A stretch of 60,818 nucleotides of DNA from a virus. Its lineage: Duplodnaviria; Caudoviricetes. The notes beneath the pieces are model-generated. The model did no database searches. It saw only the letters and a program-made list of their open reading frames with translations, and was not told where the DNA came from. Every line of letters starts with the position of its first letter. Positions within the stretch are counted from its first letter, which is position 1. Of this stretch, positions 48,076 to 57,456 are shown one piece after another. Position numbers and translations under genes: made by a program. The DNA lies in the IMG/VR virus record IMGVR_UViG_3300033153_010441, positions 1-60,818 of that record. One strand, given 5' to 3'.

Positions 48076-48326
48076 AGCAGGGTGATGTTGTTCGTATTGT
48101 AGATGTTGATCCATCAGATGGGTATTATTTCCTCGCAGATGTATTGATTGGAATGAAGGCAAAAATTACATTGCTGCCTGATGCATACCATCTTAAAGGT
48201 AAACCAGATTATCGTGTAATGCGATTAAAACTTCTTGAAACAAAAAGTTTTGATAAATGGAAACTTCCCTACAGGTTGTCTTTATTATTTGTGAGCGTTA
48301 AAGTGGAGAAAATTAATAATGAATAA
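48057..48326 (+). CDS. Hypothetical protein
   Basis: LKQGDVVRIV SH3/KOW-like start. Confidence 0.55.
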   Translation: MEDGGLKQGDVVRIVDVDPSDGYYFLADVLIGMKAKITLLPDAYHLKGKPDYRVMRLKLLETKSFDKWKLPYRLSLLFVSVKVEKINNE

Positions 48327-49263
48327 GATGATAATTAAAATGATCTTTGGGTCCCACCTCTACGGTACAAATACACCAGATTCAGATTGGGATTATAAGG
48401 GAATTTTCATGCCTTCCAGGCGGGATATTTACTTGGGTCGTATTCCCAAGAGTATCAGGCGCGACACCAAAAAGGGTAACACCTCGCGCAATACCAGTAA
48501 TGATGTGGATGAGGAAATTTATTCGCTCCATTATTTCATCAAGCTGGCGTGCGAGGGACAGACGGTTGCAATTGACATGCTTCATGCACCACCGAGTATG
48601 ATATGGGAACATCATCCTCTATGGAAAGAATTAGTAACTAACCGTAGTAGATTTTATACACGCAACCTAAAGGCATTTGTAGGGTATGCTCGGAAGCAGG
48701 CAGCTAAGTATGGTATTCGTGGGAGTCGCCTTCACGCCATTGGACAAGTCATTTCCTTTTTAAAGAAATGCCCTGAAAATTGTCGGTTGGCAGATGTATG
48801 GGATGATCTTCCTACTGGTGAGCATATTCACTTTCTACCACCGGATTCAAAAACAGAACAGCCTCTATATCAAGTTTGCGGCAAGAAATTTATGGTTCGC
48901 ACGCATATTCGTAATGTGCTTGAATCTTTGCAGCGAAGCTATGATGCATATGGTCACCGTGCCCAACAGGCAAAAGAGAATAAAGGTATTGATTGGAAAG
49001 CAGTGAGCCATGCCATTCGTGCTGCTATTCAGATGCAAGAAATTTATACGAAGGGTAATATCTATTTCCCATTGGCACAGGCAGATCTTTTGCGTCGGAT
49101 TAAGGCTGGAAAGATGGATTATACAACATACGTAGCACCCCTGCTGGAAAACCTCATCGATAATGTTGAACAGTTGGCAAAACAAAGTAATTTGCCAGAC
49201 AAGGTTGACCGGAAATGGTGGGATGAATGGCTGATCAGTGCAATAGAAAGGTATGCGGAGTAA
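48319..49263 (+). CDS. Pol-beta-superfamily nucleotidyltransferase (RlaP / T4 NrdC.11-like)
   Basis: FGSHLYGTNTPDSDWDYKGIF, FVGYARKQA, DWKAVSHAIR. Confidence 0.88.
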   Translation: MNKMIIKMIFGSHLYGTNTPDSDWDYKGIFMPSRRDIYLGRIPKSIRRDTKKGNTSRNTSNDVDEEIYSLHYFIKLACEGQTVAIDMLHAPPSMIWEHHPLWKELVTNRSRFYTRNLKAFVGYARKQAAKYGIRGSRLHAIGQVISFLKKCPENCRLADVWDDLPTGEHIHFLPPDSKTEQPLYQVCGKKFMVRTHIRNVLESLQRSYDAYGHRAQQAKENKGIDWKAVSHAIRAAIQMQEIYTKGNIYFPLAQADLLRRIKAGKMDYTTYVAPLLENLIDNVEQLAKQSNLPDKVDRKWWDEWLISAIERYAE

Positions 49264-49268
49264 TTCTA

Positions 49269-49742
49269 ATGGTAAGTAATGAAGATCTTGACACACTCAT
49301 GGGGATGGTTGAGGATTGTAAGGATGTAAAACAACGCCCGGACTATCATCCCGAAGTCAATGTGATGAATCACTTACTGCAAACATTTGATCACGCCTTG
49401 CGTGAGTCGTGGGATTTTGAATTAATTCTTGCTGCGTTGCTACATGACGTGGGTAAGGCAATCACTCCCTACGGTCATGACAGGATCGGTGCAGCGATGA
49501 TCAAACCCTATTGCACATACAAGACATGGTGGCTGGTGGAGCAGCACACGAGGTTCTGGTACTGGATCAATGGAGAGATGCGTAGGGTTAAGAAAGTCCA
49601 AGAATTGACCCATCACCGGTGGCTGTGTGATTTAGCTCAACTCGCACGATGGGATAGGATGGGCCGTAACCCCAACAAACAACCCTTTTACGAACGAAGC
49701 ATTATTCTTGACCAACTCAGAAAGGTACGTGATGAAAATTAA
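49269..49742 (+). CDS. HD-domain phosphohydrolase
   Basis: QRPDYHPE..V..H, AALLHDVGK, GHDRIGA, H, WD.MGR. Confidence 0.85.
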   Translation: MVSNEDLDTLMGMVEDCKDVKQRPDYHPEVNVMNHLLQTFDHALRESWDFELILAALLHDVGKAITPYGHDRIGAAMIKPYCTYKTWWLVEQHTRFWYWINGEMRRVKKVQELTHHRWLCDLAQLARWDRMGRNPNKQPFYERSIILDQLRKVRDEN

Positions 49743-49956
49743 AATTCAGATTATTTTAAACAATGAGTCTTTCTATGCGACCCTTGAAGATGATGCTATT
49801 ACAAATATAGAACATGCTGTTAATATTTTTCAAAAGATGCTTAACGAATCATCTGTTCTTTCCATACCATTAGATAGTAATAGGAGTGAATTTATTGTTT
49901 TTGGGAGGGAGGCATTAAACAATGCGACTTTCATTTTCAGAGAAGCAGGTAGCTAA
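49708..49956 (+). CDS. Hypothetical protein
   Basis: Co-oriented small ORF. Confidence 0.5.
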   Translation: MTNSERYVMKIKIQIILNNESFYATLEDDAITNIEHAVNIFQKMLNESSVLSIPLDSNRSEFIVFGREALNNATFIFREAGS

Positions 49957-50058
49957 TTACCTATTTTGGGTTGCCAGTAAGGTTGAATCGAAAACTCAAG
50001 CAGCCATTCTTCGCCGCGCAGCGGCGATTATTTTATTGCAAGAAAAGGAGCAATCAAA

Positions 50059-50688
50059 ATGAATTTAAAAGTATGTATTCTTGAAACAAGTTCGATTATC
50101 CCTGCTTTAATTGGCATAGGGCTGTCGTATGGACTAACCAATTTTGATACGTGTTACCTGACAAGTGACGAATATCAACGCCTCTTATCAATAGCTGGCC
50201 GGTTGGCCGGTCGTGATGGTGGTCATAACAAATTCCTGGAGTCCATTAACGTAACCATGCTGGTTCGTGCGCCGAGGTACTGGTGGCAGGAATTTGATAC
50301 ATACCGTGTTGGTGTAACCAAACAAAGCGAAAGTACTATGCACACAATTACACATCGGCTCCTGGATCACTCCGATTTTGCCGGTGGGTTTATTCAAAAA
50401 GATGTGCTGAGACATCTTAATGACTTAATTACCATGTACCGTGAAACGGCTGACACTGAGTTGAAAAAGGTATGCTTCAACAAGATCAAATTATATTTGC
50501 CGGAAGGTTTTCTTCAGACGCGGTGCGTAGCTCTTAACCTCAAAGCGCTGCGAAATATGTGGTTCCAGCGCCGTAACCATCGCCTATTGGAGTGGCGATT
50601 GTTTTTTGAGCAGGTGAATCATTCGCTTGCCCCAACGTATGTTAATTGGTATAGAAAGGAGAACAACACTACTGATGACGACGTTTAA
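50059..50688 (+). CDS. Divergent ThyX-like (flavin-dependent thymidylate synthase fold) protein
   Basis: GHNKFLE, APRYWWQEFDTYR...SESTMH, LPEGFLQ, QRRNHRLLEW. Confidence 0.7.
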   Translation: MNLKVCILETSSIIPALIGIGLSYGLTNFDTCYLTSDEYQRLLSIAGRLAGRDGGHNKFLESINVTMLVRAPRYWWQEFDTYRVGVTKQSESTMHTITHRLLDHSDFAGGFIQKDVLRHLNDLITMYRETADTELKKVCFNKIKLYLPEGFLQTRCVALNLKALRNMWFQRRNHRLLEWRLFFEQVNHSLAPTYVNWYRKENNTTDDDV

Positions 50689-51247
50689 TTTGGTTTATCG
50701 CGGGAAGGAAGTTTTGAAGAAGGGTAAGTTTGATGGGTATAAACTGACGTTTGCTTTTAGTAATGGTAGTCTTATGTATAAGACTATTTTTAAGAACGAC
50801 AAGAAGTTTGGGAATGTCGTTGATCAGCTTGAGCCGGGTGATAAGGTAAGTGTAACTATTGATGATAACGATCAATACAAAAAAATGATCGGGTTGAAAC
50901 TTGTCAGCAAAGGCAACCCCGACGGCGGTCAAATCACCGGGCCGGGTACTGGTGTTCAAAACAAACTGAAGGCTGGTGCCGAGTTTCGTACCCCGATGGA
51001 AATTACCCGCACCGAGGCGGTGAGGTTGGCAATCGAAGCAGTTGGTAAGATGCTGACCAACCCTGAATCATTTAGTGTAGTGAAAAAGAGTTTGTCTTTT
51101 GATGACTTGGAAAAGATTGTCACCGAGATGGCGGATAATTTTGTGCCCTTTATTACCAGCACTACCCAAACTGAAGAGGCTCACCCTAAGTCTCAGGATG
51201 AACAGAATGAAGATGAACAATTGGATGATGACGACGTCCCGTTTTAA
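50675..51247 (+). CDS. Putative single-stranded DNA-binding protein
   Basis: OB-like N-terminus (LEPGDKVSVTI) and acidic tail ending DDDDVPF. Confidence 0.65.
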   Translation: MTTFNLVYRGKEVLKKGKFDGYKLTFAFSNGSLMYKTIFKNDKKFGNVVDQLEPGDKVSVTIDDNDQYKKMIGLKLVSKGNPDGGQITGPGTGVQNKLKAGAEFRTPMEITRTEAVRLAIEAVGKMLTNPESFSVVKKSLSFDDLEKIVTEMADNFVPFITSTTQTEEAHPKSQDEQNEDEQLDDDDVPF

Positions 51248-51249
51248 GG

Positions 51250-51537
51250 ATGGGATATAACCCTAAAATAACCATGGGTGACTGTCCTAAGCATCTTGCT
51301 GGGGCGGTTTGCACATGGCCTGCAGATCCTATTTCGATTTATATATATGAACCAGTCTATCTACAAACATCCAAAAAACTGGCTTTTAAGCATCATTGGT
51401 TTGGTCTGAACATGATAGACGCATTACACCTTCGCCGGGAATTGGATGAGGCAATCCGTCAGGCAAGGGGGCAAGAGCGGCAAGCTCTACGAATATTGAG
51501 AGGGGGTGCTGATGAAGCTGCCGCGCCCAGTGAGTGA
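51250..51537 (+). CDS. Hypothetical protein
   Basis: Co-oriented ORF filling gap. Confidence 0.5.
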   Translation: MGYNPKITMGDCPKHLAGAVCTWPADPISIYIYEPVYLQTSKKLAFKHHWFGLNMIDALHLRRELDEAIRQARGQERQALRILRGGADEAAAPSE

Positions 51538-52405
51538 TGCCATTCGGGTTTGGATGGGACACTACAGCAACATGGGGGCAGATTATAGCGTCACTGATCT
51601 GATTAACACCCCACGAATCGTTCAACTTCGTAAGCGTTACGTTGATGTTCTTCCACCTGAAGAGCCAGAGGATCTTGTCAAACCCTTTCTTGGAACAGCA
51701 ATTCATAACCTATTTGAAAAAACACTACGTCAGTATGAACAGCGCCACCCTGGGAGTTACTTGGTTGAGTATCGATGTTGGGACCGAATTTTAAATCGGA
51801 AGATTAGCGGACAATTTGACTTATATGATTTGCGAAGTAACACTCTTTACGACTTTAAAACCACGTCTGTATGGAAACTAATCTTTGGCTCCACCAAAGA
51901 GTGGGAACAACAACTCAATCTGTACGGCTGGTTCCTCCGCCAGATGGGACTGGATGTACGCCGGGTGCGTGTTATTTCAATCCTGCTGGATTGGGACCGG
52001 CAGCGGATGTTCCGTGAGAAGGATTACCCCAGGGACCAAATTCGTTTTGTCAACATCCCGCTATGGTCCTTGGACAAACAGGAAAAATTTTTGTTGGAAC
52101 GAATCACCTTAATGAAAACATGTGAAGAGTTGGATGACGACCATCTTCCTGAATGCACCGACGAAGAAATGTGGGCTTCACCCACTACCTGGGCGGTGGA
52201 ACCGGATGGTGGTGGTCGGGCCAAACGTGTGCTGAATACTTACGAAGAAGCAAAAGAATGGCTCACTAAGAAAAAATTCAAGAACCATAGTGTGGTCAAA
52301 CGACCTGGAACACGGACACGTTGTGAAAAATATTGTCCAGTACAAAGCGTATGTAGCCAATACATTACTTACCAAGCGAAATTATCCGAAGAAAGTGCCT
52401 GTTAA
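51512..52405 (+). CDS. PD-(D/E)XK exonuclease (RecB/Cas4-like)
   Basis: YSVTDLI, GTAIH, ISGQFD...DFKTT, QLNLY, RC..YC....C. Confidence 0.85.
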   Translation: MKLPRPVSDAIRVWMGHYSNMGADYSVTDLINTPRIVQLRKRYVDVLPPEEPEDLVKPFLGTAIHNLFEKTLRQYEQRHPGSYLVEYRCWDRILNRKISGQFDLYDLRSNTLYDFKTTSVWKLIFGSTKEWEQQLNLYGWFLRQMGLDVRRVRVISILLDWDRQRMFREKDYPRDQIRFVNIPLWSLDKQEKFLLERITLMKTCEELDDDHLPECTDEEMWASPTTWAVEPDGGGRAKRVLNTYEEAKEWLTKKKFKNHSVVKRPGTRTRCEKYCPVQSVCSQYITYQAKLSEESAC

Positions 52406-52928
52406 AAGAAAACACCCAAAGTGTTGGGTGTGTGGTAAAACATTTCGAAAACAAATTACTCAAGATCAGTTTGTTTGCAGCTACCAATGTCTCCTGGATT
52501 ATTGGAACCAGTTGCCGGGCAGACGAGGAAAAGCGAAGGCCCGGCAGCTTGCCAGCACCATGGGTTTACGATCATTAGGTGAAGTAAAGTTAGCTGCACG
52601 GCTGGCAGCGGCCAAGGTAAAGTTTCGGTACGAGTCAGCCAAACTGACATATACCCCACCACAGCGCAAATATATTGCTGACTTTGAGGTAAAAACCAAA
52701 TCAGGAAAAACAATCTATCTGGAATACAAAGGGATTTTTAAGGGAACTGATCGCACTAAAATGCTTCTTGTCCGTAAAGAAAATCCCGATGTGGATATTC
52801 GTTTTATTTTTGAAAAGCCCCAAAACAAATTGAGCCGTGTGTCAAAAACAACTTATGCACAATGGTGTGAAAAGCACGGTTTTCTTTGGGCTGAAAAGGA
52901 ACCACCAATAGCATGGTTGGAGGAATAA
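52395..52928 (+). CDS. T7 endonuclease I-like Holliday junction resolvase with N-terminal zinc finger
   Basis: CWVC...CSYQC; RSLGE, YE, YIADF, LEYKG, DIRFIF, TTYAQWCEKHGF. Confidence 0.88.
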   Translation: MPVKRKHPKCWVCGKTFRKQITQDQFVCSYQCLLDYWNQLPGRRGKAKARQLASTMGLRSLGEVKLAARLAAAKVKFRYESAKLTYTPPQRKYIADFEVKTKSGKTIYLEYKGIFKGTDRTKMLLVRKENPDVDIRFIFEKPQNKLSRVSKTTYAQWCEKHGFLWAEKEPPIAWLEE

Positions 52929-53362
52929 AAATGAAAGTTTCATTTAAAAAGTTGCATCCGAATGCAGTCATTCCGAAGTATGCCACGCCCGGCAGCGCCG
53001 GGATGGATTTGGTTACAGTTGAGGGAAAGATTGTTCGCTATGGTGAGATGGCCCTGATCAGCACAGGTCTTGCTGTTGCCCTGCCGCCTGGGTACGAGAT
53101 GCAAATACGCCCCAGGTCTGGTTTGAGTAAATACTTTCCAGGCTACATTGCCAACAGCCCTGGCACTATTGATTCAGACTATCGTGGTGAAATAAAGATT
53201 ATGGTTATTAACAATATCCCTGGTGGCTATTTTCACGTTCGACCCGGTGAGCGAATTGCCCAGGCGGTGATTGCTCCTGTGGTGCAAGCGGAGTGTGAGG
53301 AAGTGGATGAGTTGCCTAAAACTGAACGGGGTGATGGTGGGTTTGGTTCTACCGGAATTTAA
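52913..53362 (+). CDS. dut: dUTPase (trimeric)
   Basis: SAGMDL, IRPRSG, GTIDSDYRGE, GERIAQ, RGDGGFGSTG. Confidence 0.95.
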   Translation: MVGGIKMKVSFKKLHPNAVIPKYATPGSAGMDLVTVEGKIVRYGEMALISTGLAVALPPGYEMQIRPRSGLSKYFPGYIANSPGTIDSDYRGEIKIMVINNIPGGYFHVRPGERIAQAVIAPVVQAECEEVDELPKTERGDGGFGSTGI

Positions 53363-53380
53363 GAAAGGAGAAAAATAACA

Positions 53381-53575
53381 ATGAAATTTTTTGGTGCACA
53401 GTCTTTTGAATCAATCATGCAGAGTTACTACAAGACAATGGATGCCTTGACTCAATTAATTAACCAACGCAACGCAGAGATTGATGATCTAAATGTTACC
53501 ATAGTTGAAAAAACTGGTGAACGGAACAAGGCAAGTCAGGTGCTGGAAAAGATGAAAAATGTCTATGGTTGCTGA
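53381..53575 (+). CDS. Hypothetical coiled-coil protein
   Basis: AAGGAG RBS. Confidence 0.55.
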   Translation: MKFFGAQSFESIMQSYYKTMDALTQLINQRNAEIDDLNVTIVEKTGERNKASQVLEKMKNVYGC

Positions 53576-53723
53576 TTTGGAAATGATTGCCAACGACCTT
53601 TGTGAGTTGGAAGAAACGCTTCGCTACGTCGAATCACTCAATCCTGTTGATGATCTGCTATCTGAGGCAGTAGCTAAACTTGCACGAATCAATCTTAATT
53701 TGAATAGGGTGCTTGGATAACGA

Positions 53724-55634
53724 ATGGATACTTATCAAAAATTTATTCACCAACGTACTTACGCCCGGTGGAATGAGGCCGCCGGGCGTCGTGAAAGTTG
53801 GGATGATAGCGTAGATCGTGTTGGAAGATTCTTTATTAAACTGGCAAACAAGCTTACAAATGATGACAAGTTCCATGGTACATTACATGATGCTATGGAA
53901 CTAATCCGCTCCCAGGAAATTGTCCCCAGTATGAGGGTATTCTGGACTGCTGGTCCCGCCCTGGAGCGGGAGCATCTTGCCGGTTACAACTGTGCTGCGG
54001 TAGCCATTAATTCATTGATGGTATTACCGGAAATTCTGTATATTTTAATGAATGGTACTGGGGTTGGGTTTAGTGTTGAATCACAATTCGTGCAGCAGAT
54101 TAAACCCTTGCCCAGTAAATTTTCCAAAAGTAAAAAAACAATTATTTTTGAAGACAGTAAACAAGGCTGGGCCGAAGGGTACAAGCAGATAATCCAAACC
54201 CTTTATGATGGATATATTCCGCAATACGATACCAGCCAGATTCGGCCTAAGGGGGCTATCCTGAAAACGTTTGGTGGCAGGGCCAGTGGCCCTGAGGCGT
54301 TGATCAACCTGATTGAAACGACCATTAAGGCCATCATTGATCAGAAGGGTGCGCCATTACGCCCTGTCCAGGTGCATGATTTGGCGTGTGCTGTACTGAG
54401 TGCCGTAGTTGTCGGCGGTGTCCGACGGGCGGCGGGTATTAGTCTCAGCGACCTGGGTGACCTGGAGATGGCCCAAGCTAAAACTGGCGAATTTTGGCAC
54501 AATTATCCACAACGAGTCATGACTAATAATAGTGCCGTATATAACACCCGCCCCGCTCCGGGGGTTTTCCTCCAGGAATGGATTAACCTGATCCGCAGTA
54601 AGAGCGGAGAACGTGGGATTTTCAACCGCGAGGCGGCGAACTTCACCGTGGCCCGGACCTTTCGGCGAAAGGTTGGTTACGATTGGTTGTGCAATCCCTG
54701 CGGGGAGGTTGTCCTGCGCCCTGATGGTGGTCTGTGTAATCTTACCGAGGTGGTTATTCACCCTGATGACACCCTGTCATACCTGTGTGATAAGATTACC
54801 CACGCCACCCTGCTGGGGGTGCTTCAATCCACGTTAACGAAATTTAATTTCGTGAATAAAAACTGGCGGCGAAACGCCGAGGAAGAACGGCTGCTGGGTG
54901 TCAGCTTGACCGGACTAATGGATCACCCGGTGCTGCAGCGTGTTAGTAGTGATGCGCGGCTGTGGCTCAAACATATGAAGCAGGCCGCCCTGGATGCAGC
55001 ATCAACCTTCAGTAAGACTGTTGGTATTTCTATGCCCATGGCGGTAACGTGCCTCAAACCCAGTGGCTCAGTTTCACAACTCTGTAATACTGCAAGCGGA
55101 TTGCATCCCAGGTATAGTGATTATTACATCCGTCGAGTGAGAGTTACAGCAACAGATCCGTTGGCGCATTATCTAATAGATAAGGGCGTGCCACATCATC
55201 CTGAAGTTGGTGAGGATCATTTACCTACACCACATACTTGGGTATTTGATTTTCCCCTTAAATCACCAGAGGGTGCTGTAACCAAGGATCAACTTAGTGC
55301 AAAAAAACAACTGGATTATTGGAAGATGATCCAGACGCACTGGTGTGAGCATAATGCATCCTGCACAATCTATGTCGGCGATGATGAGTGGCCGACGGTA
55401 GCTGCCTGGGTCTACAACAACTGGAATACAGTTGGAGGCTTATCATTCCTGCCACGTTCTGACTCAGTATATCAACTGGCACCTTATGAAGAAATTACAG
55501 CAGAACAATATATGGATCTTACTAAGTCTTTTCCTGATGACTTGGATTTTAATGACTTGGCAACCTATGAAGCAGAAGACTATACCACAGGTAGCCAAGA
55601 ACTTGCCTGCACAGGAGGTGCCTGCGAACTATGA
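53724..55634 (+). CDS. nrdJ: Class II (B12-dependent, monomeric RTPR-type) ribonucleotide reductase
   Basis: PSMR, YNC, GTGVGFS, VGGVRR, NPCGE, KPSGS, C-terminal ACTGGACEL; no small subunit gene. Confidence 0.9.
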   Translation: MDTYQKFIHQRTYARWNEAAGRRESWDDSVDRVGRFFIKLANKLTNDDKFHGTLHDAMELIRSQEIVPSMRVFWTAGPALEREHLAGYNCAAVAINSLMVLPEILYILMNGTGVGFSVESQFVQQIKPLPSKFSKSKKTIIFEDSKQGWAEGYKQIIQTLYDGYIPQYDTSQIRPKGAILKTFGGRASGPEALINLIETTIKAIIDQKGAPLRPVQVHDLACAVLSAVVVGGVRRAAGISLSDLGDLEMAQAKTGEFWHNYPQRVMTNNSAVYNTRPAPGVFLQEWINLIRSKSGERGIFNREAANFTVARTFRRKVGYDWLCNPCGEVVLRPDGGLCNLTEVVIHPDDTLSYLCDKITHATLLGVLQSTLTKFNFVNKNWRRNAEEERLLGVSLTGLMDHPVLQRVSSDARLWLKHMKQAALDAASTFSKTVGISMPMAVTCLKPSGSVSQLCNTASGLHPRYSDYYIRRVRVTATDPLAHYLIDKGVPHHPEVGEDHLPTPHTWVFDFPLKSPEGAVTKDQLSAKKQLDYWKMIQTHWCEHNASCTIYVGDDEWPTVAAWVYNNWNTVGGLSFLPRSDSVYQLAPYEEITAEQYMDLTKSFPDDLDFNDLATYEAEDYTTGSQELACTGGACEL

Positions 55635-55822
55635 TACTAAAAAATATTCTTGGGATACTTACCGTGGCGCTACTACTCATTCTACCAGCGCTCGGCGTTG
55701 GGTACGTCATTGCCGCCGTGTGGACAATTCTTCACATGATCAATTTAAAGTTGCTGTTGATCATCAGCGCTATGGTTTACACTTTTACCTGGATTATGAT
55801 CATTTTAGCATCGACCCGGTAA
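55631..55822 (+). CDS. Putative holin (small membrane protein)
   Basis: Almost entirely hydrophobic 63 aa directly before lysozyme-like gene. Confidence 0.55.
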   Translation: MILKNILGILTVALLLILPALGVGYVIAAVWTILHMINLKLLLIISAMVYTFTWIMIILASTR

Positions 55823-55824
55823 CC

Positions 55825-56307
55825 ATGTCATTCAATCCAGAGCAGTTTCGGGAATTGATCGTTAATGTCCTAAAATATCTTGAGCCGGAAATACCATACA
55901 GTGATACGGCGGTCGAGCTTCTCATGCTCACCGCCGCTACTGAATCTAACCTGGGCCAATATCTCAGACAAGTACGTGGCCCTGCCCGAGGTGTATTTCA
56001 GATGGAACCTCGTACTGAACAAGATATTTGGAATAACTATCTTGTTTATAATGAAATGTTGAAAAACAAAATTGAGGGATTGTTATTCATATATAACCAT
56101 GCTGACAAAGGTTTTCCTGATATGATTGGTAACCTTCCATATCAGATTGCTATGGCACGAGTTTACTACTGGCGTGTTCCTCACCCGCTACCCAACAGCA
56201 ATCCAGTAGCGTTAGCTACCTATTGGAAGCAGCATTACAACACACATCTGGGCGCTGGAACAATTAATAAAGCAAAGGAAAAGTATAAAGAATATACGAG
56301 AGGTTAA
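55825..56307 (+). CDS. Putative endolysin, lysozyme-like fold
   Basis: LLMLTAATES...GPARGVFQMEP...YWKQHYNT; real start ATG 55825. Confidence 0.75.
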   Translation: MSFNPEQFRELIVNVLKYLEPEIPYSDTAVELLMLTAATESNLGQYLRQVRGPARGVFQMEPRTEQDIWNNYLVYNEMLKNKIEGLLFIYNHADKGFPDMIGNLPYQIAMARVYYWRVPHPLPNSNPVALATYWKQHYNTHLGAGTINKAKEKYKEYTRG

Positions 56308-56309
56308 AC

Positions 56310-56567
56310 ATGAATAATAGTCAATTGGTGGACCATCCACCCCATTATACTTCTGGTAAAATCGAAACGTGGAATTGGATTGAATTGGGGATGACTGATG
56401 ATGAATTTCGTGGGTACTGCAAGGGGAACATTTACAAGTATCTCCAGCGCTACCATATGAAGGGCGGATTACAGGATCTTGATAAAGCCATGGCGTACAT
56501 CAAACGACTGCGGCAGTTTGAAATGGAGATAGACCAACTGAGGGAAGGCGACAATAGTGTGTCTTAG
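56310..56567 (+). CDS. DUF3310-family protein
   Basis: VDHPPHYTSGKIE...GYCKGNIYKYLQR...DLDKA. Confidence 0.88.
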   Translation: MNNSQLVDHPPHYTSGKIETWNWIELGMTDDEFRGYCKGNIYKYLQRYHMKGGLQDLDKAMAYIKRLRQFEMEIDQLREGDNSVS

Positions 56568-57456
56568 GAGCAGTTACATTTCCCCAACGGGGAAGGTAAG
56601 TGAAACAATTTATTTTTCAAACAAATATGCTGACATAGATTTTTCCAAGGCGCGAAAAATCAGAGAAACGCCGGGCGTTGTTAGCCCGGCGTATTTATTT
56701 CCTGGGGGTCATGCTGTTGCAACAGAAGACCTATTAGTGCCATGGTTGTTGCGTGGTTCCCTTGGAGCCAGCATATTTTCAATATCCCTCCCCAGGCGCA
56801 TTAGAAAACTAAACCCCCGTATTTCATATTCATTGCCGGTCAATATATCAACAGAATTAAAAACAGTACATGATGCGCCCTGGCTTACCAAACAGGTTCG
56901 TAGAACATTACATAAATGTGTTCAAACATACTGGCCAGAGTATACAATTTACTTGTTACAGGATAAAACCAACCAACGTAGGTTGGCGATTAAACTGGAT
57001 AGCCCACAATGGGCCAATTTGATCTTTGATTACTTTGGTGATGATCCTATTTGCGCCCAAACGACAGCGGGGTTGGAATTTATTCGTGCAGTGCGATTTA
57101 TTGAAGCAGTAATGGATGCGTGTCGTGCTGCAATAATGCATAATATTATTATGCGCTACTGTCTGTATGGGCCTATTAACTGTCATGGTGTTCATCATCT
57201 TGGTACTTTAACACACACCCCCTACGGAGGGGGACTTGTTTTCCTTCATCTAAGTAATACCACTCGTGTTTATCAAGGTTCTATTCTTTTACTTCTCGAT
57301 GCTCCTAAAGGACCGATGATTGTTACAGGTGAAGATGGAGATAATTATTTCTGGCGTACAGCCCCACAGTCTGTGGGTCCTGCCGATAACCCAACCATCC
57401 AATTACATCAATACCTAAAAATTCAAGGGGTGATTCAACAATGTCGAAAATCGTAA
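56557..57456 (+). CDS. Degenerate RtcB-fold protein lacking catalytic residues
   Basis: Collinear resemblance to RtcB blocks (see findings). Confidence 0.65.
   Translation: MCLRSSYISPTGKVSETIYFSNKYADIDFSKARKIRETPGVVSPAYLFPGGHAVATEDLLVPWLLRGSLGASIFSISLPRRIRKLNPRISYSLPVNISTELKTVHDAPWLTKQVRRTLHKCVQTYWPEYTIYLLQDKTNQRRLAIKLDSPQWANLIFDYFGDDPICAQTTAGLEFIRAVRFIEAVMDACRAAIMHNIIMRYCLYGPINCHGVHHLGTLTHTPYGGGLVFLHLSNTTRVYQGSILLLLDAPKGPMIVTGEDGDNYFWRTAPQSVGPADNPTIQLHQYLKIQGVIQQCRKS

Noticed and set aside
51512-52405. CRISPR adaptation Cas4
   Set aside because: Stand-alone nuclease in a replication module beside SSB and resolvase; no cas1 or array
55432-55824. N-terminal 131 aa of the 291-aa ORF
   Set aside because: Overlaps nrdJ and the membrane gene; the recognisable domain starts at ATG 55825
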